From positions 1-40,871 of the IMG/VR virus record IMGVR_UViG_3300010048_000021: a stretch of DNA of 40,871 bases. One strand, given 5' to 3'. Under the pieces are notes generated by a model. It saw nothing but the letters and a program-made list of their open reading frames with translations. It did not search any database and was not told the origin of the DNA. The stretch is from a virus (lineage: Duplodnaviria > Caudoviricetes). Positions 18,074 through 26,564 of this stretch are shown one piece after another; position 1 is the first letter of the stretch; each line of letters starts with the position of its first letter. The position numbers and the translations under genes were made by a program.

Positions 18074-19348
18074 ATGCCTAACACATTCGTTAACACTAGT
18101 CCCGTCCTATGGAAGACGTTGGCCCGTTGGTGAACGCTCCCCTTCGGCTTAGTCTGAGGGGGAGACACCAACTGGAAAAATAATTTAAAATTCGCCCGCA
18201 ACGTCGATCACTCGTACAGTGAAGAGTTCGGGCGTATCGTCGGCTCGCACAATAAAGCCGGGCAGACCATTCAGGTGCCCAAGCCGCAACGCTTCACGGT
18301 AGCCGCGCAACAGGCCGCCAGTTTTCAGGGAATTACGAACCTGACGACGCCGCTCACTATGAGCATTCAGGCGAACGTAGCGTACCAACTGAGCTCGGTC
18401 GAGCGCAGCTTGAATGCGGACCATATGTACGAACGCTACGGCAAGCCCGCGGCGGACGCGCTGAGTAACTATGTAGACTACTCGGCGTTTCTGTTCGCGA
18501 CCCAGACCAGCCCGAACTTTGTCGGGACGCCCGGCGTGGCGCCGACCGACAACAGTATGTATCTGAATGCCGGCGTAGCGATGGACAACTTCGATTGCCC
18601 CATGAACACGGCGGATCGCATGGTGATTGTCTCGCCGCAGCAAATGGCGAAGGCCGTCTTGCTGGACCAGACGCTCTTTCACGCGGGCCAGGAGATCGAG
18701 CAGCAGTACCGCACCGGGAGTGTCGGTGAGGCGCATGGTCTCCAGTGGTTTAAATCGCAGAACACCCCCACGACCGTGGCTCCCACCTATGCCGGCACGC
18801 CGGTCGTGTCAGGCGCAGGCCAGTCCGGCTCAACGCTGACCATCAGCGGTTTTACTTCCGGCAGTCTGCCGGTCGGCACACGCTTCACGATCGGCAGTGG
18901 CGGCACGGCGGTCAACTCCGTGAACGCGCAGTCGCGCCAGAGTATCGGCGTGCTGCAGTCGTTCGTCGTGACGCAGACCACCGCACTCACCGCTACGACC
19001 AATCTGCCGATTTACCCGGCCATGACCTCGACCGGGCAATATCAAAATATTTCGCAGGCACCGCCCGCCGGCGCGGCCATCAATATCTGGGTCGCAAGCG
19101 GCGGCACCAATACCATCACGACCGGCTTGGCATTTCATGAGAAATCGTTTGCGGTCGTCTACGGCCAGCTCGACGTGCCCACGCAGGGCGTGCTCGAAGC
19201 CTACGGCGACACTGATCCGGAGACCGGATGCTTCATGAGGTACATGAGTTATCTCGACGGTGATAACGATCAATGGAAGGTGAGGTGGGATATTCTTTTT
19301 GGAATGGGCGCCTTATATCCAGAGTGGTCCTGTGTTGTGGCAAGCTGA
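18074..19348 (+). CDS. P22-like major capsid protein, interrupted by a 45-nt coding gap (predicted 409 aa if the gap is skipped)
   Basis: SD GAGGAG plus ATG 18074 gives MPNTFVNTSPVLWKTLARW-stop. The same frame resumes KNNLKFARNVDHSYSEEF...GQTIQVPKPQRF and ends RWDILFGMGALYPEW, a P22-coat-like pattern. Confidence 0.88.
18128..18175 (+). other. Putative translational bypass (hop) element
   Basis: TGG-TGA...TGG matched codons 45 nt apart; 7-bp plus 11-bp stem-loop; GGAG 8 nt before the second TGG. Confidence 0.7.
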
Positions 19349-19427
19349 TTGTACTCAGTCATTTACGGTAAGCCTGAATGGAGTAATACAGGTACGCTGG
19401 GACAATCAATGCGGATAACATTTGGTG

Positions 19428-19507
19428 TATAATAGGTTCAGGGCAAAGAGGTGTAACAGACCTCCTTGCCCTATACCAAGGCAACCGATGGAGGGTTGCA
19501 CATGGCT
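19428..19507 (+). promoter_or_regulatory. Nuclease-gene leader, copy 2 (diverged sequence, same structure)
   Basis: TATAAT; agggcaa-a-gaggt/acctc-c-ttgccct; ACCAAG; gcaacc-gatggag-ggttgc; ATG at 19502. Confidence 0.8.
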
Positions 19508-20140
19508 AAACCTATTCCACCTCAAGCCGCGCTCGATTTTCTGGGCGCTCTCTCGAAAGAAGAAGCAATTGCCGCCGGAAAGAAACGTTACCGTTCTGGC
19601 GAGCCTTGCAAGTATGGGCACGTAAGTGAACGCTGGGTATCCGATGACGCTTGCGTCGAATGCCACCTGCTGCATCGCAAGGAGCGCTACAAGCAAGACG
19701 CAGAGAACTTTGCGGCCAATTCCCGTAAGTGGAGAAAGACGGAGGAGGGCAAGGCCTACAGTCTTGCTTATAACCGCAAGTGGGCGGCAGACAATCCCAA
19801 AAGGATCGCCGTTAATCGGGAACGGGCCAAGGAACGGCACAAGCGCCGAATGCAGGAAGATCCGGTTTATGCGGCAAAGTACAGAGCGGCCAACCTTATC
19901 AAAAACACGCGAGCAAAGGAACGCCGCGATTTAAAGCGTGCCGGAGGGCCACCATCAGATCGTTGCGAAATATGCGGGGCGACCGCCGACGAAATCTGCT
20001 TCGATCACGATCACGCGACCGGCAAGTTTCGCGGCTGGTTGTGCCATACCTGCAATCGTGTATTGGGTTTAATCGGTGATTCACGAAAACGGCTCCGTGC
20101 GATGGATGAATTTCTAGAGCGCCACGGAGTGGCAATCTAA
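19502..20140 (+). CDS. Free-standing endonuclease VII-type HNH nuclease 2
   Basis: RYRSGEPCKYGHVSER...CVEC; CEICG...FDHDHATGKFRGWLCHTCNRVLG. Confidence 0.9.
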   Translation: MAKPIPPQAALDFLGALSKEEAIAAGKKRYRSGEPCKYGHVSERWVSDDACVECHLLHRKERYKQDAENFAANSRKWRKTEEGKAYSLAYNRKWAADNPKRIAVNRERAKERHKRRMQEDPVYAAKYRAANLIKNTRAKERRDLKRAGGPPSDRCEICGATADEICFDHDHATGKFRGWLCHTCNRVLGLIGDSRKRLRAMDEFLERHGVAI

Positions 20141-20167
20141 AGCAGTCTTCGAGCGATTTGTTTCGCA

Positions 20168-20229
20168 CGGGAGCGGGTTCCACCAGGAACTGCTTACTCC
20201 ACGCAGTCATGCCCGCTCCCGACTTTTAC
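20168..20229 (+). terminator. Branched GC-rich stem followed by a U-rich tract (probable terminator after the coat region)
   Basis: cgggagcggg/cccgctcccg 10-bp stem enclosing two small hairpins, then acttttac. Confidence 0.5.
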
Positions 20230-20248
20230 TTCTGAAAGGAATCAGTAC

Positions 20249-20611
20249 ATGCCAGACCTGCAATTCCGGCGTAACGGCTCGGTCAATCTGGCCGTGCAGG
20301 AGTTCTTTGCCACAGCGCGCCGCAACAACGAAAAGGAACAGAAGCACGAACTGGGCTTGTCCGAAGACGACGAGCTGCCGCAATACGTGTTCAAGGCGTA
20401 CCCGAAGGCGATCTTTACCATCGGCGGCGAAGACTCGATCGTGGTGAAAGACGCCCAGGAAGAGCAGGCGCGCTTGCGGGAAGGCTGGTATTCGACGCTG
20501 GCCGAAGCGCTCGAAGCCGCGATGGCAGAAGAGCCGGAACAAGAGTATGTGACTGCGGCGCAGCCGCCCAAGAGAGGCGCCGGCGGGCGCTTTCTGCCGA
20601 AAGAGGACTGA
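20249..20611 (+). CDS. Hypothetical virion-region protein
   Basis: RBS aagga; YPK...IVVKDAQEE..L..GW motif. Confidence 0.7.
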   Translation: MPDLQFRRNGSVNLAVQEFFATARRNNEKEQKHELGLSEDDELPQYVFKAYPKAIFTIGGEDSIVVKDAQEEQARLREGWYSTLAEALEAAMAEEPEQEYVTAAQPPKRGAGGRFLPKED

Positions 20612-21568
20612 GTGCCGGGCCAGACCTATCTGGATTTATTAACTCAGGCCGCGGGCGAGTTAAATATTGTTGCGCTCGGCGATGCGCTCACCGACAACGC
20701 AGCGCTGGCACAGCGTCTGCTGGATCGTCTGTACTGGATGGTGGACAGCTGGAATTTGGACCCGACTTTTGTACCTTGGTACCAACAGCAGGTCTTTTCG
20801 CTCATTCCCGGCCAGCAGACCTATTTAATCGGAATCAACTCGCCGGACTGGAACGCGCCCATGCCGGTGCGCCTCTCAGAGAACGCGACTAACGTATTGC
20901 TCACGAATCCGTCCAACGTCGGCGCTCCGCAGTCGGTCGGCTATCTGGTGAACGATGTGCGCGTCAACCAGATCGAGTCTGTGCCGCCGCCGTACAACAG
21001 CTTCAACGTGAACGGAGTCGCTGCCGGATTGTATCCGGTGCAGGCGTACGTGAACAACGGGCCGAATCTGCCGCTCGCGGCCGGTTCGACGCCGCTACGC
21101 ATTCCAATCGAAGTTCTCAGTGTGCAGGGCTGGGCGAACATTTCGCTGCCGCTGCTGCCGATCACCTTTCCGCAGTACTGCTATCTGGACCGCAGCGTGG
21201 TCACCGGCATCAATTCCACGACGGGACTTCCCTACACCGCGACACGCTTCTCGGTCTGGGGCATTCCGACCGTGGTGAATCAGGTTGAACTGTTCTACTG
21301 GTACGCGCTCACGGTCGGCAATTTGACCGATCCGGTCAACGTGTCAACCGGCTATTTCCGTGCGATGTTTCTGAACCTGGCGGTCGAGATTGCTTCCAGT
21401 TTCGGCGTCACGCCGAGCGCGCTCACCATGCGCAACGCCGCGGATGCGCTGGCGCTGATCAAAGAAATTTCCGCGCCGGATATGGCGATGGCGTATGCGC
21501 CCGGCGTGCCGACGCGCACCGGCGGCGGCTACATTACGCGGTCGCAGTTCTTGAGTGGTGTGTTCTAG
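20612..21568 (+). CDS. Head-to-tail adaptor (P22 gp4-like position)
   Basis: DLLTQAAGELNI...L..MVDSWN...GYFRAMFLNLAVEIASSFG. Confidence 0.7.
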   Translation: MPGQTYLDLLTQAAGELNIVALGDALTDNAALAQRLLDRLYWMVDSWNLDPTFVPWYQQQVFSLIPGQQTYLIGINSPDWNAPMPVRLSENATNVLLTNPSNVGAPQSVGYLVNDVRVNQIESVPPPYNSFNVNGVAAGLYPVQAYVNNGPNLPLAAGSTPLRIPIEVLSVQGWANISLPLLPITFPQYCYLDRSVVTGINSTTGLPYTATRFSVWGIPTVVNQVELFYWYALTVGNLTDPVNVSTGYFRAMFLNLAVEIASSFGVTPSALTMRNAADALALIKEISAPDMAMAYAPGVPTRTGGGYITRSQFLSGVF

Positions 21569-22137
21569 GAAAAAAGCCGATGGTAGAGCTTGTAGACCAT
21601 CTCCTTGGAGACGCTTCCTTTGGCTACGTTGCACGGTCGACAACTAGTCACACAATTGTCTGATGTGTATCCAAGATCATTATCAACGCGGTCAATCCCG
21701 TTATAGAGAAAAGACCCAGTGTCGTATCTTTTGTCCCGGCACTCCTGGAAAGGAGCCTTCCCGCAGTAAAAGCAAGACTGAGAGATGAGTTGCCTGAAGT
21801 GTTCGCGGGTGATGGTGTAAATAACGCCGCGCGTTTTTGCATGCCTTTTATACTTATCTACCAAGTAATTAAACGCTGCTTCTCCGTGTGCGAGTCTATT
21901 GGGGGACGGTCTGTGGCGAAGACATCCACAGGACTTGGTTTCTCCTACCGCCGCTTCATAAATCTGTACAGGTTTGATTGTTCCGCAGTCGCACCGGCAA
22001 ACGAAATGATGCCGATTGATAGGCACGGTGTGGGAATACGACAGTACCGTCCAAAGTCCGTACTTCTGGCCGATATGTGTATCAATGGTGCTTTGCCGAA
22101 TACCCCGTTGACGGCGTGGTGGAATGGGAGTAGCCAT
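21565..22137 (-). CDS. Free-standing HNH nuclease 3 (different family, opposite strand)
   Basis: GQKYGLWTV...CRCDCG...KSCGC; CFYCG...NGIDRVDNDLGY..DNCVTSCRPCNVAK. Confidence 0.88.
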   Translation of the reverse strand: MATPIPPRRQRGIRQSTIDTHIGQKYGLWTVLSYSHTVPINRHHFVCRCDCGTIKPVQIYEAAVGETKSCGCLRHRPSPNRLAHGEAAFNYLVDKYKRHAKTRGVIYTITREHFRQLISQSCFYCGKAPFQECRDKRYDTGSFLYNGIDRVDNDLGYTSDNCVTSCRPCNVAKGSVSKEMVYKLYHRLFS

Positions 22138-22210
22138 ATGCAACCCTCCTGCGGTTGCTTTGGTCAGGGGCCATAAGTGTTAGCGCACTTGTGGTCCTGC
22201 TTCTATTTTA
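22123..22210 (-). promoter_or_regulatory. Nuclease-gene leader, copy 3
   Basis: TAAAAT; ccacaagtg-cgctaa-cacttatgg; 57 bp identical to copy 1. Confidence 0.85.
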
Positions 22211-22220
22211 ACAGATCTTT

Positions 22221-23807
22221 GTGCCTTTAATCGATTTACAAGGGGCGATAGGCCCAACTTACTTGGGAGTTTCACCGGCAGCAGACGGCGAGCGCTGCGT
22301 GAACCTGATCCCTGAGCAGGTGCAGGCGCAGGGCAAGACGAATTTTTACTACACGAAGGTGCCGGGCCTGTTCGCGGCCGCCACCATCGCCGGCGTGGGT
22401 CTGTCCATCTCCGTCAATAGCGTCGTGGTGGGCATCGGCATCTCGGTGAACGGCGTGGCGATCGATCCGTCCGGCGCATCCGGCATTTCGGTCAACGGCG
22501 TCATGCTGGTGCTTCCGACACCGGGACCGGGCATCGGTGCGGGCGTCTATATCAATGGCAGAAGGTTTTTCATTGCTGCCGATGAACTCTACGAGCTCAC
22601 CGGCTCAGCGCCGCCGTTCTCTGCGACCGCATTAGGCCCGACTGGGCCGTGCGTCGGGCAGTATGTGCGGTATAGCTTCGGCGTGAACATCCGCGGCAAC
22701 CAGCTCTGCATCGCTTCGAACAACGTCACCAGCCTGTTCGACTTAACGACCAATACCTATCATTCGTCTGTCACCACGCCCGAAACGATCCTTGAGGTGG
22801 ACGAGTGCGATGGTTATTTCATTGGCCTGGCGGCGTCAGGGAATTTTTACATCAGCAACTTCCAAGACGGTACGACGTGGAATCCGCTGGACTTCGCGTT
22901 CGAAGAAACGCCGGACCTGACGATGGGTTTTCGCGTCTGCAACCGGCGCGTGACCATGTTCGGAAGCAATCATATTGAAAGCTACGTCGATTCGGGCGAT
23001 GCGAATTTCCCGTTTACGCGTGATCAGTCCGTCTATGTCGAATCGGGTGCTTACCGGAATTCGTTGATCATTGCCGACAACATGATCTTCGGGATCGCGG
23101 TGAATTCTTCGGGCGCCGGCTGGGCCTTTCGCCTCGATGCCGTGACACCGGTCCGCATTTCGACGCATGCGGTCGAGACGAGCTGGCAGAGTTACCCGAC
23201 CGTGCGCGACGTCGTGCCGCGGGTCTATCAGGAGAACGGGCACGCCATCATCGTCTGGAATTTTCCGAGCGCGAACAAAAGCTGGGCCTATGACATCGCG
23301 ACCGGATTGTGGATGGAGCGCGGCGTGTGGAACGCAACCACGCAGACCTGGGACCGCGATTGGGCCGAGGTGCATATTTACGATGCGAACCTGCAGTTGC
23401 ACATCGTGGGCGATTACCGGAACTCCACGATCTACTTGCAGAGCCAGAAGTATTACGACTTCAACGGCACGCCGATCTACTGGATGCGCAGGTTTCCGCA
23501 TGTGAATGCCGACCAGATGGGCGTCATGTATGACTTAGTGCGGCTGATCTGCCAGACGGGCGTGTCGGGCAGCCTGTCGGCGGCGACACCTGCGACCATC
23601 ACGCTTTCGAAATCGGATGATGGCGGCTATACCTGGACGCAGCCGCTGCGCCCGGCCTCCATCGGCGCACTGGGCGCGTTCAATAAACGCATCGACTGGC
23701 GTGCCTTGGGACGTGCGACCGATCGCGTGTTCCAGATCTCGGGCAACGATCCGATTCCGCTCGCGCTGATTGCACTCAAGGGCGACGTGCGGCCCTGCTT
23801 TAACTAA
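22221..23807 (+). CDS. Packaged DNA stabilisation / tail hub protein (P22 gp10-like)
   Basis: ERCVNLIPE, DGYFI, FYIS, PVRISTHAVE, WAYDIATGLWMER, SDDGGYTW, W.ALGR..DRVF. Confidence 0.85.
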   Translation: MPLIDLQGAIGPTYLGVSPAADGERCVNLIPEQVQAQGKTNFYYTKVPGLFAAATIAGVGLSISVNSVVVGIGISVNGVAIDPSGASGISVNGVMLVLPTPGPGIGAGVYINGRRFFIAADELYELTGSAPPFSATALGPTGPCVGQYVRYSFGVNIRGNQLCIASNNVTSLFDLTTNTYHSSVTTPETILEVDECDGYFIGLAASGNFYISNFQDGTTWNPLDFAFEETPDLTMGFRVCNRRVTMFGSNHIESYVDSGDANFPFTRDQSVYVESGAYRNSLIIADNMIFGIAVNSSGAGWAFRLDAVTPVRISTHAVETSWQSYPTVRDVVPRVYQENGHAIIVWNFPSANKSWAYDIATGLWMERGVWNATTQTWDRDWAEVHIYDANLQLHIVGDYRNSTIYLQSQKYYDFNGTPIYWMRRFPHVNADQMGVMYDLVRLICQTGVSGSLSAATPATITLSKSDDGGYTWTQPLRPASIGALGAFNKRIDWRALGRATDRVFQISGNDPIPLALIALKGDVRPCFN

Positions 23808-23857
23808 TGCTTACGTCTTCGCCTCGCTGATAGAACGCGGGCTCATCCAAACCTCTC

Positions 23858-24373
23858 GTGGCGATCAAAAAATTCTGGAACTACCAGTCGGCCTATCCGT
23901 GGTCGCAGACCACGAACGGCATGCTGACGGACCAGAGCCGCATCTGGCTGCAGACCTTATATCGCACCGTTGTCAATATCGACACCGGCGGCATTTTCAG
24001 CGCCGGCGGCGATTTGAGCGGCACCAATACGAATCAGACCGTGATCGGTTTGCAGACCCGGCATATCTCGACCACCGCACCCACCAACGGACAGGTCTTG
24101 ACGTGGGTCAGTGTCAACAACGATTGGGAGCCGGTAACGCCGTCTGCCGGCGGCACCGTCAACTTTGTTCAGGAAGTGCCGGCGGGCACGATGAACTCGA
24201 CCAACCTGGTCTTTACGTTGAGCTTCACGCCGAATCCGGCGGCTTCGCTCGTGGTCTATCTGAACGGCGTTGAGCAAGTACCGGCCACCGACATCACGGT
24301 CAGCAGCGCGATGATCACGTACGCCGTGGCGCCGAAATCGAATGACCTCATGATCGCCGAGTACTGTCACTGA
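23858..24373 (+). CDS. Tail-associated protein
   Basis: GDLSGT...GQVLTW..WEP module; C-terminal EVPAG..N.TN..FTL...VYLNGVEQ domain. Confidence 0.65.
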   Translation: MAIKKFWNYQSAYPWSQTTNGMLTDQSRIWLQTLYRTVVNIDTGGIFSAGGDLSGTNTNQTVIGLQTRHISTTAPTNGQVLTWVSVNNDWEPVTPSAGGTVNFVQEVPAGTMNSTNLVFTLSFTPNPAASLVVYLNGVEQVPATDITVSSAMITYAVAPKSNDLMIAEYCH

Positions 24374-25833
24374 TGGCCCTGCAGCGTCCGATCACGATCG
24401 ATCACACGCAGGTAGTGGGCGGAACGGCCCTCTCAGCCTACCCGTTTCTGTTCGCCGGTACGTACACCTGGCTGAAGACGACCGCTAACGGCGGCAACGT
24501 CCTAAACAACAGCGGCATTGACATCTACTTCTCGGCAGATACTGGTACCCGGCAGATCCTCGCCTATGAGCGCGTGCAATACAACCCAGTCAGCGGCAAG
24601 GTTGAATTCTGGGTGCGTATTCCGAGTGTCTCCATCGCCGCGAATACGGTCATCTATATCAACTACGGCGATTCGAACATCACCTATGACCTTGCCAACC
24701 CGACCGGCGTCTGGGATGGCAATTACATGTGCGTCTACCATTTCGGCGACGGCACGACCTTGAATCTGGCGGATTCAACCGCAAACGCGCATGTCTCGAC
24801 GAACTACGGCACGACAGCCACAACGGGCGATTGGGGCGGAGCAGCGCAGTTCAACGGAGGGGGCGACCACGGCAACCCGACCGGCGCGGCCTACATCGAT
24901 CTGGGCGCAACCTTTAATAGCATTCCGCTCACCATTGAGTCCTGGGGCGCACCCGCTACTTCTATTGGTGGTCAGACGTGCGCTTCGAACAACGACCTGT
25001 CGAACCACGGCTATGCGCTTGCCATGCCGACCGGGAGCTGGGTCACGCAGGCGTACCTGAACAATACGGCATATGCCTTCACATTGGGCGGAGTGCCGTA
25101 TTGGTTGCACGCCGCGGCGTGGACCTATGACGGTACGACGGTGAACATGTACGACGGCGACACTCTGGGCAATGTGTACTCAGCAACGGCCTCAGCGCCT
25201 AGCGGCTTGTCGAATAGTTCGACAAATATGCTGCTTGGCAAACAGCCGACAGTCGGCGCGAATTTGTTTTACGGCGGAATCATCGAGGAGTTCCGGATTT
25301 CCAATATTGTGCGCACGTACGGTTACTGGGCCACCACGCGCAATAACGCTTATCAAAACGTGCCGTTTTACTCGATCGGCAGTCCAGGCACGATTCCCAA
25401 TTACGTCAAGAATCAGCGCGGCAATATCGACTATGACCAGATCCGCGCCGTGGCGCGGCAGGGGCCGGGCTCACTGATTCAGATGTTCGGCGGCGGTGCG
25501 ACCTCGAGCGGTCATGCGGCGGTCTATGATTCGGCCGGCAACGTGGTCGACTCTGGCACCGTGATTCCGGCACCGGTGACCTTCAGCGGCGATCTGAGCG
25601 GCACAAATACCGTGCAGACGGTCGTGAAGCTGCAGACGCGGACGGTGGCCGCCACGCCACCCACGGACGGACAGGTGCTGACGTGGGTGAATTCTGCCTC
25701 CGATTGGGAGCCGCGCACGCTGCCGCCGGCCACGATTGCCACACAAATCGTCAAGATCAATTCCGTGGGCGTGTCTGACGATTTGATCGTTACCTTCAAC
25801 GCACCGAAACCCTTTCTGATTAACGGCGCATGA
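24373..25833 (+). CDS. Tail/receptor-binding protein, DUF2341 plus LamG-like
   Basis: ITIDHTQV...DIYF...LAYE...EFWVRIP...IYINYG; TIESW...TYDG...IEEFRISN. Confidence 0.75.
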   Translation: MALQRPITIDHTQVVGGTALSAYPFLFAGTYTWLKTTANGGNVLNNSGIDIYFSADTGTRQILAYERVQYNPVSGKVEFWVRIPSVSIAANTVIYINYGDSNITYDLANPTGVWDGNYMCVYHFGDGTTLNLADSTANAHVSTNYGTTATTGDWGGAAQFNGGGDHGNPTGAAYIDLGATFNSIPLTIESWGAPATSIGGQTCASNNDLSNHGYALAMPTGSWVTQAYLNNTAYAFTLGGVPYWLHAAAWTYDGTTVNMYDGDTLGNVYSATASAPSGLSNSSTNMLLGKQPTVGANLFYGGIIEEFRISNIVRTYGYWATTRNNAYQNVPFYSIGSPGTIPNYVKNQRGNIDYDQIRAVARQGPGSLIQMFGGGATSSGHAAVYDSAGNVVDSGTVIPAPVTFSGDLSGTNTVQTVVKLQTRTVAATPPTDGQVLTWVNSASDWEPRTLPPATIATQIVKINSVGVSDDLIVTFNAPKPFLINGA

Positions 25834-26564
25834 GCATCAACTTCAACGACACCACGCCGGCAGCGCCCGGCGGCTCGACGAACGTCAAGTGGCAGAACGA
25901 CTCCTCAGGAAATGCATCGGCTTATGTGACGTCGACTTCTCTGCCGGCCTGGCTTGCGGCGTTACCGGATGCGCCGCCGTCGAGCGCAGGCACGCTGGAT
26001 GATGAGTTTCTCGGGGCGAGCCTCGACACCGTGCGCTGGACCTGGGTGAACCAGGGCAGCGTGACGGCATCGCAAAGCAATTCGATTCTGAAGCTGTTCT
26101 GCCCGCGAGCTAGCGGCGACAACAAGCACATGATCGTGCAGACGGTGCCCGCCACGCCGTGGGAAGTAACGTCAAAGATCTGGTTTTTTGCGCCGCCGTC
26201 GAACTATGCGCAGGGCGGAATCATCCTGCGCAATACCGCCGGACAACTGGTGCTCTTTCATTACCAGTACACGCAAGGGTTGTGCATGAGCTACTACAAC
26301 AGCCCGACCTCCTTCAATTCGACTCCGTTCACGTTCGGACAGACGGGCACACCTACTACGCCGCTCTATTTCCGCATTCGCGACGACGGGACCAACCTCA
26401 CCCTCTCAGCAGCACTGGACGGTGCGTCTTTCATGCAAATGAACCAGGTGGGGCGCGCCGCATTTTTGACGGGTGGCGCAACGCAGGCCGGCATCTTTCT
26501 CGATACGAACGAGACCAACTTCGACGTGACGCTCTCTTCCGACTGGTTCCGGCGAACGCTATGA
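25830..26564 (+). CDS. Concanavalin-like lectin-domain tail protein with NFNDTTPAAP adaptor
   Basis: DDEFLGASLD.RWTW...GGIILR...YFRIR...DWFR. Confidence 0.7.
   Translation: MSINFNDTTPAAPGGSTNVKWQNDSSGNASAYVTSTSLPAWLAALPDAPPSSAGTLDDEFLGASLDTVRWTWVNQGSVTASQSNSILKLFCPRASGDNKHMIVQTVPATPWEVTSKIWFFAPPSNYAQGGIILRNTAGQLVLFHYQYTQGLCMSYYNSPTSFNSTPFTFGQTGTPTTPLYFRIRDDGTNLTLSAALDGASFMQMNQVGRAAFLTGGATQAGIFLDTNETNFDVTLSSDWFRRTL

Noticed and set aside
18131-18157. TGA reassigned to Trp or Gly, or read as selenocysteine, to explain the coat stops
   Set aside because: TGA ends many genes here through ATGA and TGATG overlaps. Two read-throughs would be needed and would add 15 foreign residues to a conserved region.
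18128-18175. Group I/II intron or generic MITE in the coat gene
   Set aside because: Far too short for a ribozyme core. No second copy was seen, and the lower stem depends on flanking coding bases rather than self-contained terminal repeats. An inactivating insertion cannot be fully excluded.
17318-22179. Invertible segment bounded by the 57-bp inverted repeat
   Set aside because: No invertase is present, and inversion would flip coat and adaptor genes against the late operon. The repeat is better explained as a shared leader.
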